A DNA stretch of 63,509 bases, counting the filler, from Guillardia theta CCMP2712 (Eukaryota; Protista; Cryptophyta): NCBI RefSeq assembly GCF_000315625.1. It is 5 parts of 5 records of this genome, joined end to end, with 100 filler letters (N's around TTAATTAATTAA, not from the genome) between each part and the next. Parts side by side here need not be neighbours in the genome. Positions count along the whole stretch, not along the records: positions 23,925 to 48,821 come from NW_005434455.1; 4 more parts are not named here. One strand, given 5' to 3'. Numbering within the stretch: position 1 is the stretch's first letter; each line of letters begins with the position of its first letter. Below the pieces are notes generated by a model, which saw nothing but the letters and a program-made list of their open reading frames with translations, ran no database searches and had not been told where the DNA came from. The position numbers and the translations under genes were made by a program. This document shows, one piece after another, positions 26,435 through 38,949 of this stretch.

Positions 26435-27129
26435 TGGCTTGCCTTGCCATGTCTGTCCCGCCTTGATTAATTTAACGCCCACCACTCAAAAGACAGAAAA
26501 CAATTCTGCTCTCAAAAAATCACTGCCCTCGTTCCTGAGGCGGGCCATCATAAATACCTTCTTGTGCGACAACACCATGCAGGAAGGAGGGGGAAGAGAA
26601 AGAAGGGAGGGAGAAAGAAGGGAGGAAGGGGAGGGGAGGTAAGAGAGGGAGGAGGAGGGATGGAAACAAGGGAGGGAGGGAGGGAGGAGGAGGAGGGAAG
26701 GGGGAACTGTGGAGAGGGCGGGAGAAAGAAAGGAGGGAGGAGGGCAGAGGGAGAGGGGGAGAAGGAGGAGGCAGGAAAGGAAGGGGAGGAAGGGGAGGGG
26801 AGATTGCCAGACACTCTGAAATTCAATACAGAAATCTGCTTGATACTGGTTGATTCTTCCCCATTACGCTTTACATTCCCGAAGGGGAGAATGAAGAAAA
26901 GGCTCTCCTTGGAAGAATGTGGAGGACAGATGAAACTGATGGACTCGCGGTGATGGAGAAGGACAAGCTTCCAGTTCTGAGTGTGTTGCAGAGAGTCGAT
27001 TGCAGTCATCTTAGGGTTTAGCTTCATTGTTATCTATCACCTGACATTCTTCAAGTCTCATGGTACAGACGGCCTGCAGTCAAGTTGTTCCAGGACCTCA
27101 CAATTCTACAGAGAAGACAATCTTCGGGT

Positions 27130-27655
27130 TCGGTAGGAGATGGAGAGTGAGGTGGATGAATTCCATGACGTCCGATGACAAGTACAACCTTCTTTGCGTG
27201 CAGGTGAGGGTGATTCAGACTAGTCCTGTCTTGACTCTCTTCACTGTTGCCCATCAGAGCATGCGCAATGAAATTCAGGTGGTTACATGTATAGGCGACG
27301 TTGCCTTCTCGGCGTTGGCGGTGACATGAGTGTCCGAGTATGAGAGGAGGGACAGGCTGACGGCTGTCCTAGCTCATCGTGACGGTGTCTACCGCATTGG
27401 ACCTCAGCTGCCACCTCCGGGTTCAATCTCTCCTCTCCTCCTCCTCCTCACTCATGTGTGCGTCAGGTGCTGTCGGACGGGGACCCTCTGACAGGCGTCG
27501 CTGCTTCTTCGCATCCCTCCCGTGACTCGTGCTGGAGCAGGCGGATACAAGCTGGACATCCATCCTCTCACTAAGATCGGCGTGCTCTGCACCTTCCTGG
27601 CAGGCATCGTGGCATGCACGTTCCAGGTGATGCGGGAGGTTACGAGGCCTGGCTG
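27130..27655 (+). CDS. Small hypothetical multi-exon gene
   Basis: Short exons bounded by GT/AG (MTSDDKYNLLCVQ|SMRNEIQVVTCIGDVAFSALA|...|GGYKLDIHPLTKIGVLC). Confidence 0.3.
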
Positions 27656-27701
27656 AGGCATCTCAGGCATGCGAGCTGCTGAACAGAATCACTGTCATCG
27701 G

Positions 27702-28390
27702 TCAGTGCACGTCGACAGACATCCAGGTGGGAAGAGGCTGGAGGGATCTTCTTCTCACACCCTGACAGGCGGATCTCCCTCCTGTTCTGAGCGAGGCGTG
27801 CAACAGGAAGCGTGTGTGGCGTCTCAGGCTGTCCTGACTCTCTCCTAGATACTCCGTCTTCATGTGGCTGACCCAACGGCTCTTGATCTTCACGTTCCCA
27901 GTAAGGGGACCTTCTTTCCTTCTGACTGGCTCAGCTGAAGGCCCAGCAGATACTCGGCTGGCTCTTCGGGCCCACGTTGCTGTGCGTCACCTCTTTGCTC
28001 TGCACGCTCTTCACCTCCATCTTCGTCGATAAAATCTTCCAACGGCGACTCGGTCTGCTCGCCTGCCGGCCCCCTCCCCTGTGATGCTCCCGCAGACAAA
28101 GGGATCCACTGCCACGAGCTGGGGCAGGACATGCTCGCGTACCCGAGTGGAGAGGCAGACAAGGTGAGCCGAAGTTGGAGAGTGACTTCAGCTTCGAGTT
28201 GGAGGACTGAAAGGACAACAAGTCCCCGGAGGCGAGGGGGAAAGGAAAGAGGGGAGGAAGAAGAAGGGTGGGGAGGAAGGAGGGAGGAAGGAGGAAGTGT
28301 GGGGTGGGGATGACGATGTAGGAGGTGACGGCGTGGGAGGACAAGCGGCTGCTGCGTCACGACGAGCTGGCGAGTCAATGATGACTGCAA
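27702..28390 (-). CDS. Hypothetical multi-exon gene
   Basis: Exon-like fragments (EDFIDEDGGEE; KIKSRWVSHMKTEYL). Confidence 0.25.
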
Positions 28391-29043
28391 GCGCTGAAAG
28401 TGAAACGAAAATCTCCCTCCAAAACTCTAAAAGTTTCACCCCTTCTAATGAGGATCCTGAAACTTTCGCCTCTCATTTGAAATTTCGATAGCTTCTGAAA
28501 TGAAACAGTAAAAGTTGAAAGTAGGGCCTGAGGGGCGGGAAAGAGGGAGAAGGGAGAGGAGAGGAGAGGAGCGGGAGGACGAGGAGAAGCAAGTTAGAAG
28601 CAGAAGAGCGGCAGTGGGGAAGGACACCAGAGGCGGCTAAAGAACAGAGAGAGTGAGGATGGCAAAGAATGCAACATGGGTTGCATCAGACATATGGGAT
28701 CGTTTGTGGAGGATAACCAGAGCAGCGAAGGAGGACAGGAGAGGAGAGGAGCGGAGAGGAGAGGAGAGGAGAGGAGAGGAGAGGATTGGAGGGGAGGTCA
28801 AGGGAGGGGAGGGGAGGGATATCAGAGGAGGAGAGGGGAGGGGAGAGGATAGCAGAGGAGAGGAGATGTGAAGGTACAGTAATAGGGCGAAGGCCCGGGA
28901 GGCCAGGAAGGAACCAGCAGATTCATTGATGAGAGCATCATAGCATCATGGTTTTGATGATGAAAAACAAGCATTATCTCTGTTTCTCTGACATGCTTCA
29001 AGTCTGGTTCAGACTTGACGTTGACAGTTGACGACGACCTCAC

Positions 29044-30177
29044 ATGAGCGCGGGAAATAGTTTCACCATCTCTGGTCTTCAAGACGACTATGACGACGTG
29101 ATCGATGACATCCCCGAGTTCGTCTCTCCTCCCCCGGAGCAGGTGGAGCAGCTCAGTCAGCACTTTCCCGTTCAACCTGCCGCGCAGAGTGATGCTCTCA
29201 GTTCGAGGGTCGCAGGTCTGTCGCTGAGGGAGGAGAAGAGCGAGTCCAGGTCTCCCGTCACTACCCCCACCGCCACCAAGTATGGAGGAGGAGGAGACGT
29301 CTGCCCTCGCTGCAAAAGCACCGTGTACTTCGCAGAAGCCAGAGAAGGCCCAGATTCCATCAAGTACCACAAGTAATACCTTCTTTCCTCTACGCCGATC
29401 TCCTCTTCTCGTGCTCCTCTCTTCTCCCCTTATGTCCTCCTCTTCATGCTCTTGTTTCCTCGCCTTCGCCTTTCTCTGTTCTGCTCTCTCGCCTGCTCAC
29501 ACTCTCCACGTTTCTTTTGCTCAGGCTGTGCTTTGTGTGCGCGATCTGCAAGAAGCTACTGGACAGCACGTACTCGGTCAGGCAAGGAGAACTCTTCTGC
29601 AAGTCCTGCTACGGTCTTTCTCCGCATCTTGACAGGGACGGTGTGACATGCAGCAGGCAAGGAGTTTGGACCTAAGGGCTTCGGCGTGGGAAGCTCTCTC
29701 CCTACCTCTTCTCCCACCAGCGCATCCTCGCCTTCCATCACCACAGGCACAGGTGTGCGACTCAGTGCCTGTATGGTGACGGGAGCGAGCAGGGAGGGCC
29801 TGGGCGCCATCAGCCAACGAGACTCCATCCCCAAGCAACAAGGTATTCGCCATCCCCTGCTGCTCCCGTGACCTCTGGTAGCTTGCGAGCAAGTTTGGAG
29901 GAGGAGAGAAATGCCCACGTTGCAATAAGACAGTCTACTTGGCGGAGGCGAGAGAAGGCCCCAACATGATCAAGTACCACAAGACCTGCTTCGTGTGCCT
30001 CCTCTGCTCCAAGTCCCTTGACAGTCGCTTCACCGAACGTAGTCGACTTGCTCTTCCTCCCCCTGCTGACCGAAGGATGCAGGACGCGGCGAGCTCTACT
30101 GCCAGAAGTGCTACGCCAAGGAGTTCGGACCTAAAGGCTTTGGTATCACAGGAGTGACAAGCGAACCAATCGAATAA
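29044..30177 (+). CDS. Two-LIM-domain cysteine/glycine-rich protein (CRP/MLP-like)
   Basis: KYGGGGDVCPRCKSTVYFAE...YHK|CFVCAICKKLLDST...FCKSCY...GPKGFG; second LIM KCPRCNKTVYLAE...YHKTCFVCLLCSKSLDS...GPKGFG. Confidence 0.92.
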
Positions 30178-31027
30178 TGGGAGGGAAGGAGAGGAAGAAG
30201 AGAAGGAAGAAAGAGAGGAGAAAGGCGAGAAAGGAGAGGAAGAGGGAGACGACAGTATGGGGGAGAGGAGAACGCTTGGAGAGATATTCTGCCCGGGGGT
30301 GGCCCCGAGGATAAGTATAAGGAATTGTTATTGTTATGTAAGTCATTCAAACTGTTGTCGCATCGTTGCATCCTCTCTGAATTGTACATCGACGAACGAA
30401 TACCAGCACTGATCGGCACACCTCAGGAAGCGGGAATAAGGATCAGCGGTACGTGAGTAGAGCTAGTACGTCAGACAAGGACGTCAAGCTGAAAGAGGAA
30501 GGGAAGAAAAGTTGGCTCATCCTATAGGAGGAGGATACAGTGCCACAGCAGGAAGAAGAGAGGTCCCGAGAACTGCTCGAGGTCGAACTTTTCAACTGGA
30601 CACAAGGCGTGAGAAACGAGAAACCTCAAAGCATCATCAACTCGCACCTCCGAGCGCCATTAGCCCTGCTCGCAGCAGAATGCCGAAGACGAGAACTGCG
30701 AGGAGGACCTGGACAATGTCATGCTCCTGCTCATCTCCTCCTCACTCACCTGCTGGAGGCCCAGCTCGCCTCCGGCAAGGACTGAGTGACTGTTGATAGC
30801 GATGAAACCAAGAGTGGTTAACGAGACCGCACCAAAAACGAGGACGACAGCTTCGAGGCAAAAGTCGTCGAAGATTTGAGCTTCGACGTTTCGTTCCATC
30901 GTGACTTTACGTTCGCTCACCAGAAGCTCTTGTCGGTAGATTCATCCTGCACAAAAACAACCGTCATGCGTCATGTGCCAGTGTTGTCATGTGTTTGGGA
31001 TAGTATCGAGTTGTATAAGAAAGCATC

Positions 31028-31576
31028 GAGCTCTTGTAGTGTATGGCATGGGATGGAGCTCTTGTAGTGTATGGCATGGGATGGAGCTCTTGTAGTGTAT
31101 GGCATGGGATGGAGCTCTTGTAGTGTATGGCATGGGATGGAGCTCTTGTAGTGTATGGCATGGGATGGAGCTCTTGTAGTGTATGGCATGGGATGGAGCT
31201 CTTGTAGTGTATGGCATGGGATGGAGCTCTTGTAGTGTATGGCATGGGATGGAGCTCTTGTAGTGTATGGCATGGGATGGAGCTCTTGTAGTGTATGGCA
31301 TGGGATGGAGCTCTTGTAGTGTATGGCATGGGATGGAGCTCTTGTAGTGTATGGCATGGGATGGAGCTCTTGTAGTGTATGGCATGGGATGGAGCTCTTG
31401 TAGTGTATGGCATGGGATGGAGCTCTTGTAGTGTATGGCATGGGATGGAGCTCTTGTAGTGTATGGCATGGGATGGAGCTCTTGTAGTGTATGGCATGGG
31501 ATGGAGCTCTTGTAGTGTATGGCATGGGATGGAGCTCTTGTAGTGTATGGCATGGGATGGAGCTCTTGTAGTGTAT
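31028..31576. repeat. 28-bp minisatellite, ~19.6 near-perfect copies
   Basis: Unit GAGCTCTTGTAGTGTATGGCATGGGATG; no spacers. Confidence 0.97.
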
Positions 31577-33556
31577 AGCATGGTACGAAGTTCTCTTGCT
31601 CTTGCATATCTTCGCTGTCGCCATGACATAAGTACCACATCCCCGATCAGTCCGGGCCCACTAGTCCGCTTCTTGTGCTCCGGGCCGAGTCAGTAGTGAT
31701 CCACTTGTTAATACTTATCAAAAGGAACTCAATACAAAGGTTACTCATCAAAGTGTACCAGTTTGTTGGTCAATCTTTTTTAGTCCACCTCCAGAAAGCC
31801 TCTTTGATGTCTTGTATCACACCCACACGTACCCCCTCTCCCTACCGGTTTTTAACCCCTACCCCTACCCCTACCCCTACCCCCATACTCACCACCTTCC
31901 CCTACCTAGTCGGTAAGAAATTTATTCATTACGACTGAGGTTGGACCACGCACCCCCCTCATATTCTTGATGACTCTACCCCTACCCCCCCGCTACCCAG
32001 ACTAACACCCCAACTTATATTTTACTCTTCGCAATCCTTCGATTCAACCCCTACCCCCTTCTGTCCGTGTGGTACGGTTTTGGATAGCCACCGGTATTTC
32101 AAGGCACCCTACCCCTTTGTGTTCAAGCGGTCGTTTGGTATCACCCACCCTTGTGATCGAAAACTTACCAGCAGCTTCAGATTGGACCGGTTATCGAAAC
32201 CCTTTTTCATCCCACCGGTGGTATATTGACCACCCACCCATCCATCTACTTTACCCCTCGGGGCGCTAGAGACACCTCGAGCAGAGTCGCTTTCAGACCT
32301 GGAGGGAATTTTGAAATTCTCCTCCACAACTTTTGAAACATATTTCTCAAGTATTTCAAATTGAAACGAGTAAATTCAAAGAGTCCCCCAAAACGCTTCA
32401 TTTCGAAAGAATATCACGTTTTAAGCTCCTCCACAAACATTTCATGCAGGTGACACACCACATTTCACTTTGTTCTCTTCAAAATATTGTCTCAATATTC
32501 AAAAAGAGATCAAATATTATCAAATTTATTTGTGATTGAAATAAAATCCAAAGAATATTTCAAAATTTACTTCAAATTTAAAACCAGCCCTGAACGGCCT
32601 GCCAGGGACGCACAATAGGGTGGGGTGTGAAAAAGAGGGGTGGGGTACTATGATTCGAGGGTAGGTAGTTCATCGGTGGGTGTTCACACCCCCCAAAAAG
32701 AATAGTAAGATAGGGGTAAATACGATATTTGTCCCACAAATACAAGGGTGGGTGGTGCAAGATATTCGGACACTGTGTCCCATGGTAGGGTAGTGTCTTG
32801 AGGGAGTGCACGGGGATGTCGAACTGCCGGTAAGATACGCCAAGGGAATGGAAGGGGAGGAGAAGGAGAAGAGGAGGAGAAGCGAACTGAGACCTGGATG
32901 ATGGTCAAGGAAGCGAGACGATTAGGAAGAGAAGATGAGAAAGGCAGAGAAAACGAGACGTGAAGGGGATGGGGTTTAACAGAGCAAGGCAACGAATGCA
33001 TCAGGGTATTCATGGGTGTAAGAAACTCTAAGGTTAGGATGCAAGATTCGTGCAGAGTCGTAAGAAACTTTGAAACGATCGGAGTATATGAGATTTCACC
33101 CTTTACAAGAAATGTGCAAGGTAGATTTGGGTGAAACGAGGATCCCGCGTAAGCACGAAAGCACGCTGCAAAGTGATATGTCGCCATCATCATTGATCAT
33201 TGACCTGTCATTTTGTAAAAATTGGATCTTGGCAACATTAACGTCTATGGCTAGACTCTAACGCGTGTGTGCGATGCTCAGGTGACTCTGTGGGGTTGGT
33301 GTGATCCTTGTCTTGTGTTGGAAATCTCGTCAACTTTAGGTCGCGGTCAAGAGCGGTGGATGGGAATGTGTCAAGTTGGATGAGGGTTGGATTTTGTTGG
33401 GCCCACTCAGCAGCTTCGTTCCAGTGGTGTTAAATAGTCCAACCTTGAGCAAAGAGGTTGTTGTGCTCAAAAGCACTAAGGCATTTGAGTGCTCATTCTT
33501 CTTTGGGTTGAGATTTTTCTTCTTCTGTCAATTGGAACAAGATTCCGCACAATACG

Positions 33557-34592
33557 ATGGACGGCAAAAAGAGTGTGGTCCCTGACGCTACTCAGATGTC
33601 ATTTCCAGAACTGATTGAAATTATGAAGAAAGATGCTGCGAGACAAGAACCTCTGGTCGCTGTCATAGCGCACATGCTGGAGGAAACTGTGGTCAGGAAT
33701 GAGCAGCTGCAGAAGAAAAGCTCCCTTCCTTCTTTCACCGGTCGCAGGCCCCCCCTCACAGCCTCGGCATTTGTGAACAGGTTCATGCTGCAGCCCTCGA
33801 ATCAAGTCTTGTGCTTACTTGTTGCTCTCCAGGGTAGCGAAGTACAGCGGAGCAAGTCCCTGCTGCTTCGCCGTTGGCCTCATCTACCTCGAGCGGATGA
33901 AGAAGCGCGACCCGGGGGTGTGTCTGACTACCACCAATTTCCAAAGACTGTTTCTTGTGGCGGTGATGACTGCAGCCAAGTTCCTCGACGACTTCTACTA
34001 CTCCAATAAGCACTGGGCTGAGGTGGGCGGCATGACAACTGTCGAGATCAACAAGCTCGAGCTGGAGTTTCTCTTCCGCATGGGCTTCAGCCTTCACATG
34101 CAGCGCGAAGAATATGACTGGTATGCCGAGGAGCTTCACTCGCGCGCACAGCAAGAGATCCTCACAGCTCAAGTCCAGCTGGCCACCATCCAGCCTGTCA
34201 TCCAGCAGTACACCGTTCAGCCCCAGCTGGTGCAGCCGCAGCTCATGCACGTGGTTCAGTTCCAGGCCATGGCAGATCACCGCCTACATGTACAACAAGA
34301 GCAGCATGTGGTCGTGGATCAGGCGGTGAGCGTCCCCGCTAAGCTCGGGCTCCCCTTCAAGACGAGGCCCTCGCCGCGACGGGGCCCGGAGGACGCGTAC
34401 ACAGGCCCTGACTCTTTCCTGTCCGCTCACACCACTCCCAGCAGCAGCACTGCTTATATACCTCACCTTCCCCCTACGCAGAACGTGGTGCAAGGGCCAG
34501 GAGCAGAAGCACAGGCGAAGAGCGGCATGAGCGGGAAGCAGGAGGGCGACGAAGGGAAGGGACCCAACGGGATGGACTGGGTTTACTGCTGA
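33557..34592 (+). CDS. PHO80/CYCU(P)-type cyclin
   Basis: FVN|RVAKYSGASPCCFAVGLIYLERM...NFQRLFLVAVMTAAKFLDDFYYSNKHWAEVGGMTTVEINKLELEFL; intron 33781-33832. Confidence 0.93.
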
Positions 34593-34766
34593 CAGGTAGG
34601 CAGACGATAGTGTATGATATGAGGAGTAGAGCTGCAAAACATGTTGGAGTTTTAAGATATTCATTATGATCACTCAAGATTCGATCCTTTTTTGTCTTCT
34701 CCCTGGACCGCTTCTCTGCAGAAATGAGATATTCTCACGAGAACCAGCGGGTCTGCGAGGTCAGGT

Positions 34767-37700
34767 CTACTCTTTATCCTGCTCCTCAACCTCCATGTCC
34801 TTTGCCTCCACCTTCTCTTCCTCTTTCACTTCCTCCATCTTGTGAGGCAGCGGCTCGAGGCGCGTGCCGTAGAGTTCGAGGCGGAGGCTGACGTGCTCGA
34901 ACCAAGCCCTGGGGCAGACGCGGACGAAACGAGCGACGAGAGGAGGCTGCTGGATGGTCAGCTGCAGATGAAGAGGAGCAGAAGGGAGGAGACTCACGCT
35001 CAGCTTGTGACCCACGGGCGTGTGCGGGTCGGTGTTGCCTCCGAGCAAGCCTTCCCGGCCCTTCCACTCCTCACTCTCCGTCTCTTTCGTCATCAACTGC
35101 CCAGACGTTCAGCCTTGAAGAAGGAAGAAGAGGCAGCGACCTCGTAAGCAGTGACCCACTGCTCGAAGATGCCATCGCGCGTGTGTCCTCTCCCTTGCGT
35201 TGCGATGCCTGTGAGCTCGCATTTGCTTCCGAGATCGACCTGACGCCTACTGTGAGCGGAAGGAGGAGCAGATGGAGCAGGAGGGTTTTACCTCCAGCCA
35301 CTGGTCTGCCGAGGGTTCGGCAGCCAGCCAGCAGCCGGTCATGCCATCAACGCGATTGAGTCTGCGACATTCGTGAGAAGAGAAAGTGAAGGAGAGGGAG
35401 AAGACAAAGTGAAGGAGAGGGAGAAGACAAAGTGAAGGAGAGGGAGAAGACAAAGTGAAGGAGAGGGAGAAGACAAAGCGAAGGAGAGGGAGAAGACAAA
35501 GCGAAGGAGAGGGAGAAGACAAAGCGAAGGAGAGGGAGAAGACAAACCTTGCAAGACGAGCGCCACATTGATCGGGAGGCCACCCTTGCGAATCCCAGAC
35601 TGCAAGTGAAGTGAGGAGGACAAGGAAGGAAGGGAAAGAAGAAGAAGAAGAAGAAGAAGAAGAAGAAGAAGAAGAAGAAGAAGAAGAAGATGATGATGAT
35701 GATGACGATGAGGAGGAGGAGGAAAGAGGAGGAAGGAGCGAGGAGGAAGGAGGAAGGAAGGAAGTGGAGCAGGAGTGAGGAAGTTTCTACCGGAGCTGGC
35801 AGTGATTTGCTGGTCCTTGATTTCTCCGCTCTACTCAAGGAGCTCAGGAGGATCATTGGAGGGCATGAGTGGGGATGTGGAATCACCTGCATGCCAAGAG
35901 CGTCGCCAAGGAGCGTCAGGTCTTCTATGGCTGGCTCTGCCTCGCACAAGACCTGCATGCTATCACCACCTCTCCTCTCCTCTCCTCTCCTCTCCTCTCA
36001 TCGCCTCTCCTCTCCTCTCCTCTCCTCTCCTCTCCTCTCCTCTCCTCTCCTCTCCTCTCCTCTCCTCTCCTCTCCTCTCCTCTCATCGCCTCGCCTCTCC
36101 TCTTCTGCTCTGCTCTCTTCTCTTCCCCTCTCCTCCTTTCGTCGCCTTGCCTCGTCTTCTTGCTTATACCCCCCTCCTCCGTCCCTCCGTCCTTCTCTGC
36201 TCATACCCCGGGGTTCTCCCAGCTGCTTCCGCGCTTCCTCGGGGTTCCAGCTGACGAGTCTGCGTCTGTATCCTCCTGCTCGCTCCCTCACTGATCGTTG
36301 CCACGCCCAGCAGCACCTCACCTGGAGGTTCCAGAAGGGCATACCTTCCACCGGAAGCTCCTTGAGCACTTGCCCGTACACACTTGCCCTGCATGAATGT
36401 CAGTCTGTTGAATGTCTATCTCCCCGCTCCTCGTCCTCGTCCTCCTTACCAATAGGCCGAGTGCTTTGCAACAGCACTCCACTCTTTCTTGAACCTATTG
36501 TGTCGTCAGTGCTTGCCATCGACATACTGAAAGAGCAAGATCGTGATAGTTTGAGGGAATGAGGAGGAGGAGGAGCAGTAGGAGATGAGCGAGAAAGATG
36601 AGATTGGGGGTTGGGGATGAAAACAACTCACTCGGGTCCTTCGCCTTTGAAGTTGTGTTGCATCAGGCCCGTCACCGCACACCTTGAGAACTTCAGCTGG
36701 AGTTGGCTTGTCAGGCAGTCACCAGCTGGTATGGTAGTGGCGGTAGAAGTGAGCATCGGTATCTGTCCACCTTCCCCTCGCTCCCATCGTCTGCTCCAGC
36801 TCGAGGAGGAACCTGCCAGGCACTGTTAGGTGGGAGGCAGCTGGAGTTGAATTGCACCTTCTTCCGCGGATCATCTCGACATCTCGATCGCCTGTAGTTT
36901 GAGGAGCTTCAGTTGCTGAGAGGTGAGGGGAGGCAGTCACCTGCTCCAAGGATTGCCAGGCAGTCGATGAACTCGCCGACCAGCTATCAGATGGTTAAGA
37001 GACAGAGAAAGTCGAAGATAAGGAGAGGTGGGAGGAGAGAGGAGGAATAGGAGGTTGAGGAGTCAGAGGAGTCAGAAGTAGACGAGGAGGGATAGTGGAG
37101 GACGAGGAGAGAAGGGGGAGGGGGAGGGGATGGCGTGATTCGTCTACCTCAGGATCGTTGAGCTCCACAGCAGTCGACATGTTGTCATGCAGGAACGTGA
37201 ACTCTGTCGACACTTCAGCCATGAAGCAACACGCGACGAGTAAGACCCGCTCGGAAAAGATGCTGAGGAAGCGACAGTTGACCGTATCTGTGCGGGAGAA
37301 AGTCATGGGGGAAGAGACGAGGCCAAGGGACCAACAAGAGGAGAAGAACAGGGACTCACTTGCTCAAGGTGAGGAGGAGATGAGTGATGAGGTAGCACTG
37401 CTGCTTGAACAGATCTGCAGCAAAGTCATGCGGAGGAGGAGGAGGAGGAGGAGGAGGAGGAGGAGGAGGAGGAGGAGGAGGAGGAGGAGGAGGAGGAGGA
37501 GGAGGGTTCCAAGCTGGTTCTTGGGGAGATAAGGATAGATCTACAGGTTCAGGCCCTCAGATCAGCAGGAGAAGCAGATCATCATGTGATGGTACCTGTG
37601 GATAGATTGATAGGACATGGTGCATGCGAACTGGGCCAGCATTGTCCGGAGAGCCGCTGCTGCAACCAGACGCGTGACTGGTTCTGCGCTTAGCAGGAAG

Positions 37701-38823
37701 CAGAAATTACATGTTGGTGTTGTCGAGCTCGATGCCCAGCTCCTGCAGGAGGTAGCACCAAACCTGGAATCGTCTCACCCCCTGCCTCCCAATCCTCCTC
37801 CTCCTCTGACCAGCGCGTCCGTCACATCCTCGTACTGCGGCCTCGCCCTGCAGGTGCCGTGAGGTTTGCCTTGGCTGGCATCCTCCTACCTGAGGAACCA
37901 TCCGCAGTAGCGACAGCGAGTGGCAGCATCGTCGTTGGCGCTGCAGAAGAAATCAGACAGTTATGGAAAGATGGCAAGGAGGGATGGGGTAGGCGGTAGG
38001 AATGCGATAGGAGGAATAGCTGAGAGGTGAGGAGGGGAAGAGAGTGGAGGGGACGGGAGGAGAGGAGCGGAGAGGAGCGGAGAGGATAGTTGATGATGAA
38101 GAGCTGAAGCGTTTTGACTGCCTCATGGCAGGTGATGCAACCTCGTGCAGTTGTTGCAGTTGGTCCTCTTAGTGAGCGGCAGCCTGATGGCGCACATTCA
38201 TCAACGCCTCACCTGCCCACCTCCTTCCTTGTCTTTCCATGCTGTAACCCTCCCTCTCCTCGTCCCTCACCTCTCCTGACGAGGGTCGAAGCCAAGAAGC
38301 TCCACCTGACATGTTTCCTTCAGGACTGCGCAACATCCACCTCCTGTACTCACAGTGTCGCACTGCTCCGACAGCGCAGTCTTCACGCCATCCCACACGC
38401 TAAAGGAAGATCAAAAGTCAGTTTCTGCCCTTCTTGCCCCCTTCGCTCACCTCTTGAGTCCTTCCTTGGCATCAATATCAACGCCCATCCACTTAAGGGC
38501 GAGCAGTCCTTCCGCAAGGCCCAGCACGTCGCCTGCTGCGATCTTCACTCAAAGAGCAGAAACTCGCCCTCTCCTACCACTGTTGGACTCTGGATCCAAC
38601 GCAGCCGCACCACAGGAGGCCCAGCTCTGGTACCTGACCCGCAATCAACGATGCCCATGGAGTCGTCGGTGTACCTGGCCTCGTACTGAGCTGCGATCTG
38701 CCAGAAGCGCTTGTCTGCCTCCTTCTTGATCTGCCCAGCAGGTGTAACCCCAGACTTGCTGACCTTCTCCTCCCTCCTTACCGGGCCCTGACTGCGCAGC
38801 GCCACACCAGCCAGAAGCAGCAT
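34767..38823 (-). CDS. Multi-exon region ending in a discoidin (F5/8 type C) domain; may be the 3' part of the RAMA-HMG gene
   Basis: RLN...GCWLAAEPSADQWLE, LGGNTDPHTPV, PPLVARFVRVCPRAWFEHVSLRLELYG; upstream Cys-rich exons CNNC...CRYCG. Confidence 0.65.
35384..35546. repeat. 23-bp intronic minisatellite (~7 copies), followed by (GAA)n at 35637-35689
   Basis: Unit GAAGGAGAGGGAGAAGACAAAG(T/C). Confidence 0.9.
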
Positions 38824-38949
38824 GGTGTCACCGGCATACCTGGGCCCATCCCGTCACCAACAGTCGGTGCATTTTCATCATAAATTTTTCATCTTCATCA
38901 TCATCATCGTCGTCGTCATCATCAAGGGAGGAGGAGATTCTCCGCTTCC

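Noticed and set aside
31028-31576. CRISPR array (28-bp repeats)
   Set aside because: Units are head-to-tail with no unique spacers, there are no cas genes, and the context is eukaryotic
35690-36562. SSPLL/GEERR repeat ORFs (also 28653-28871 and 62141-62959)
   Set aside because: Translations of (CCTCT)n/(GAGAG)n microsatellites
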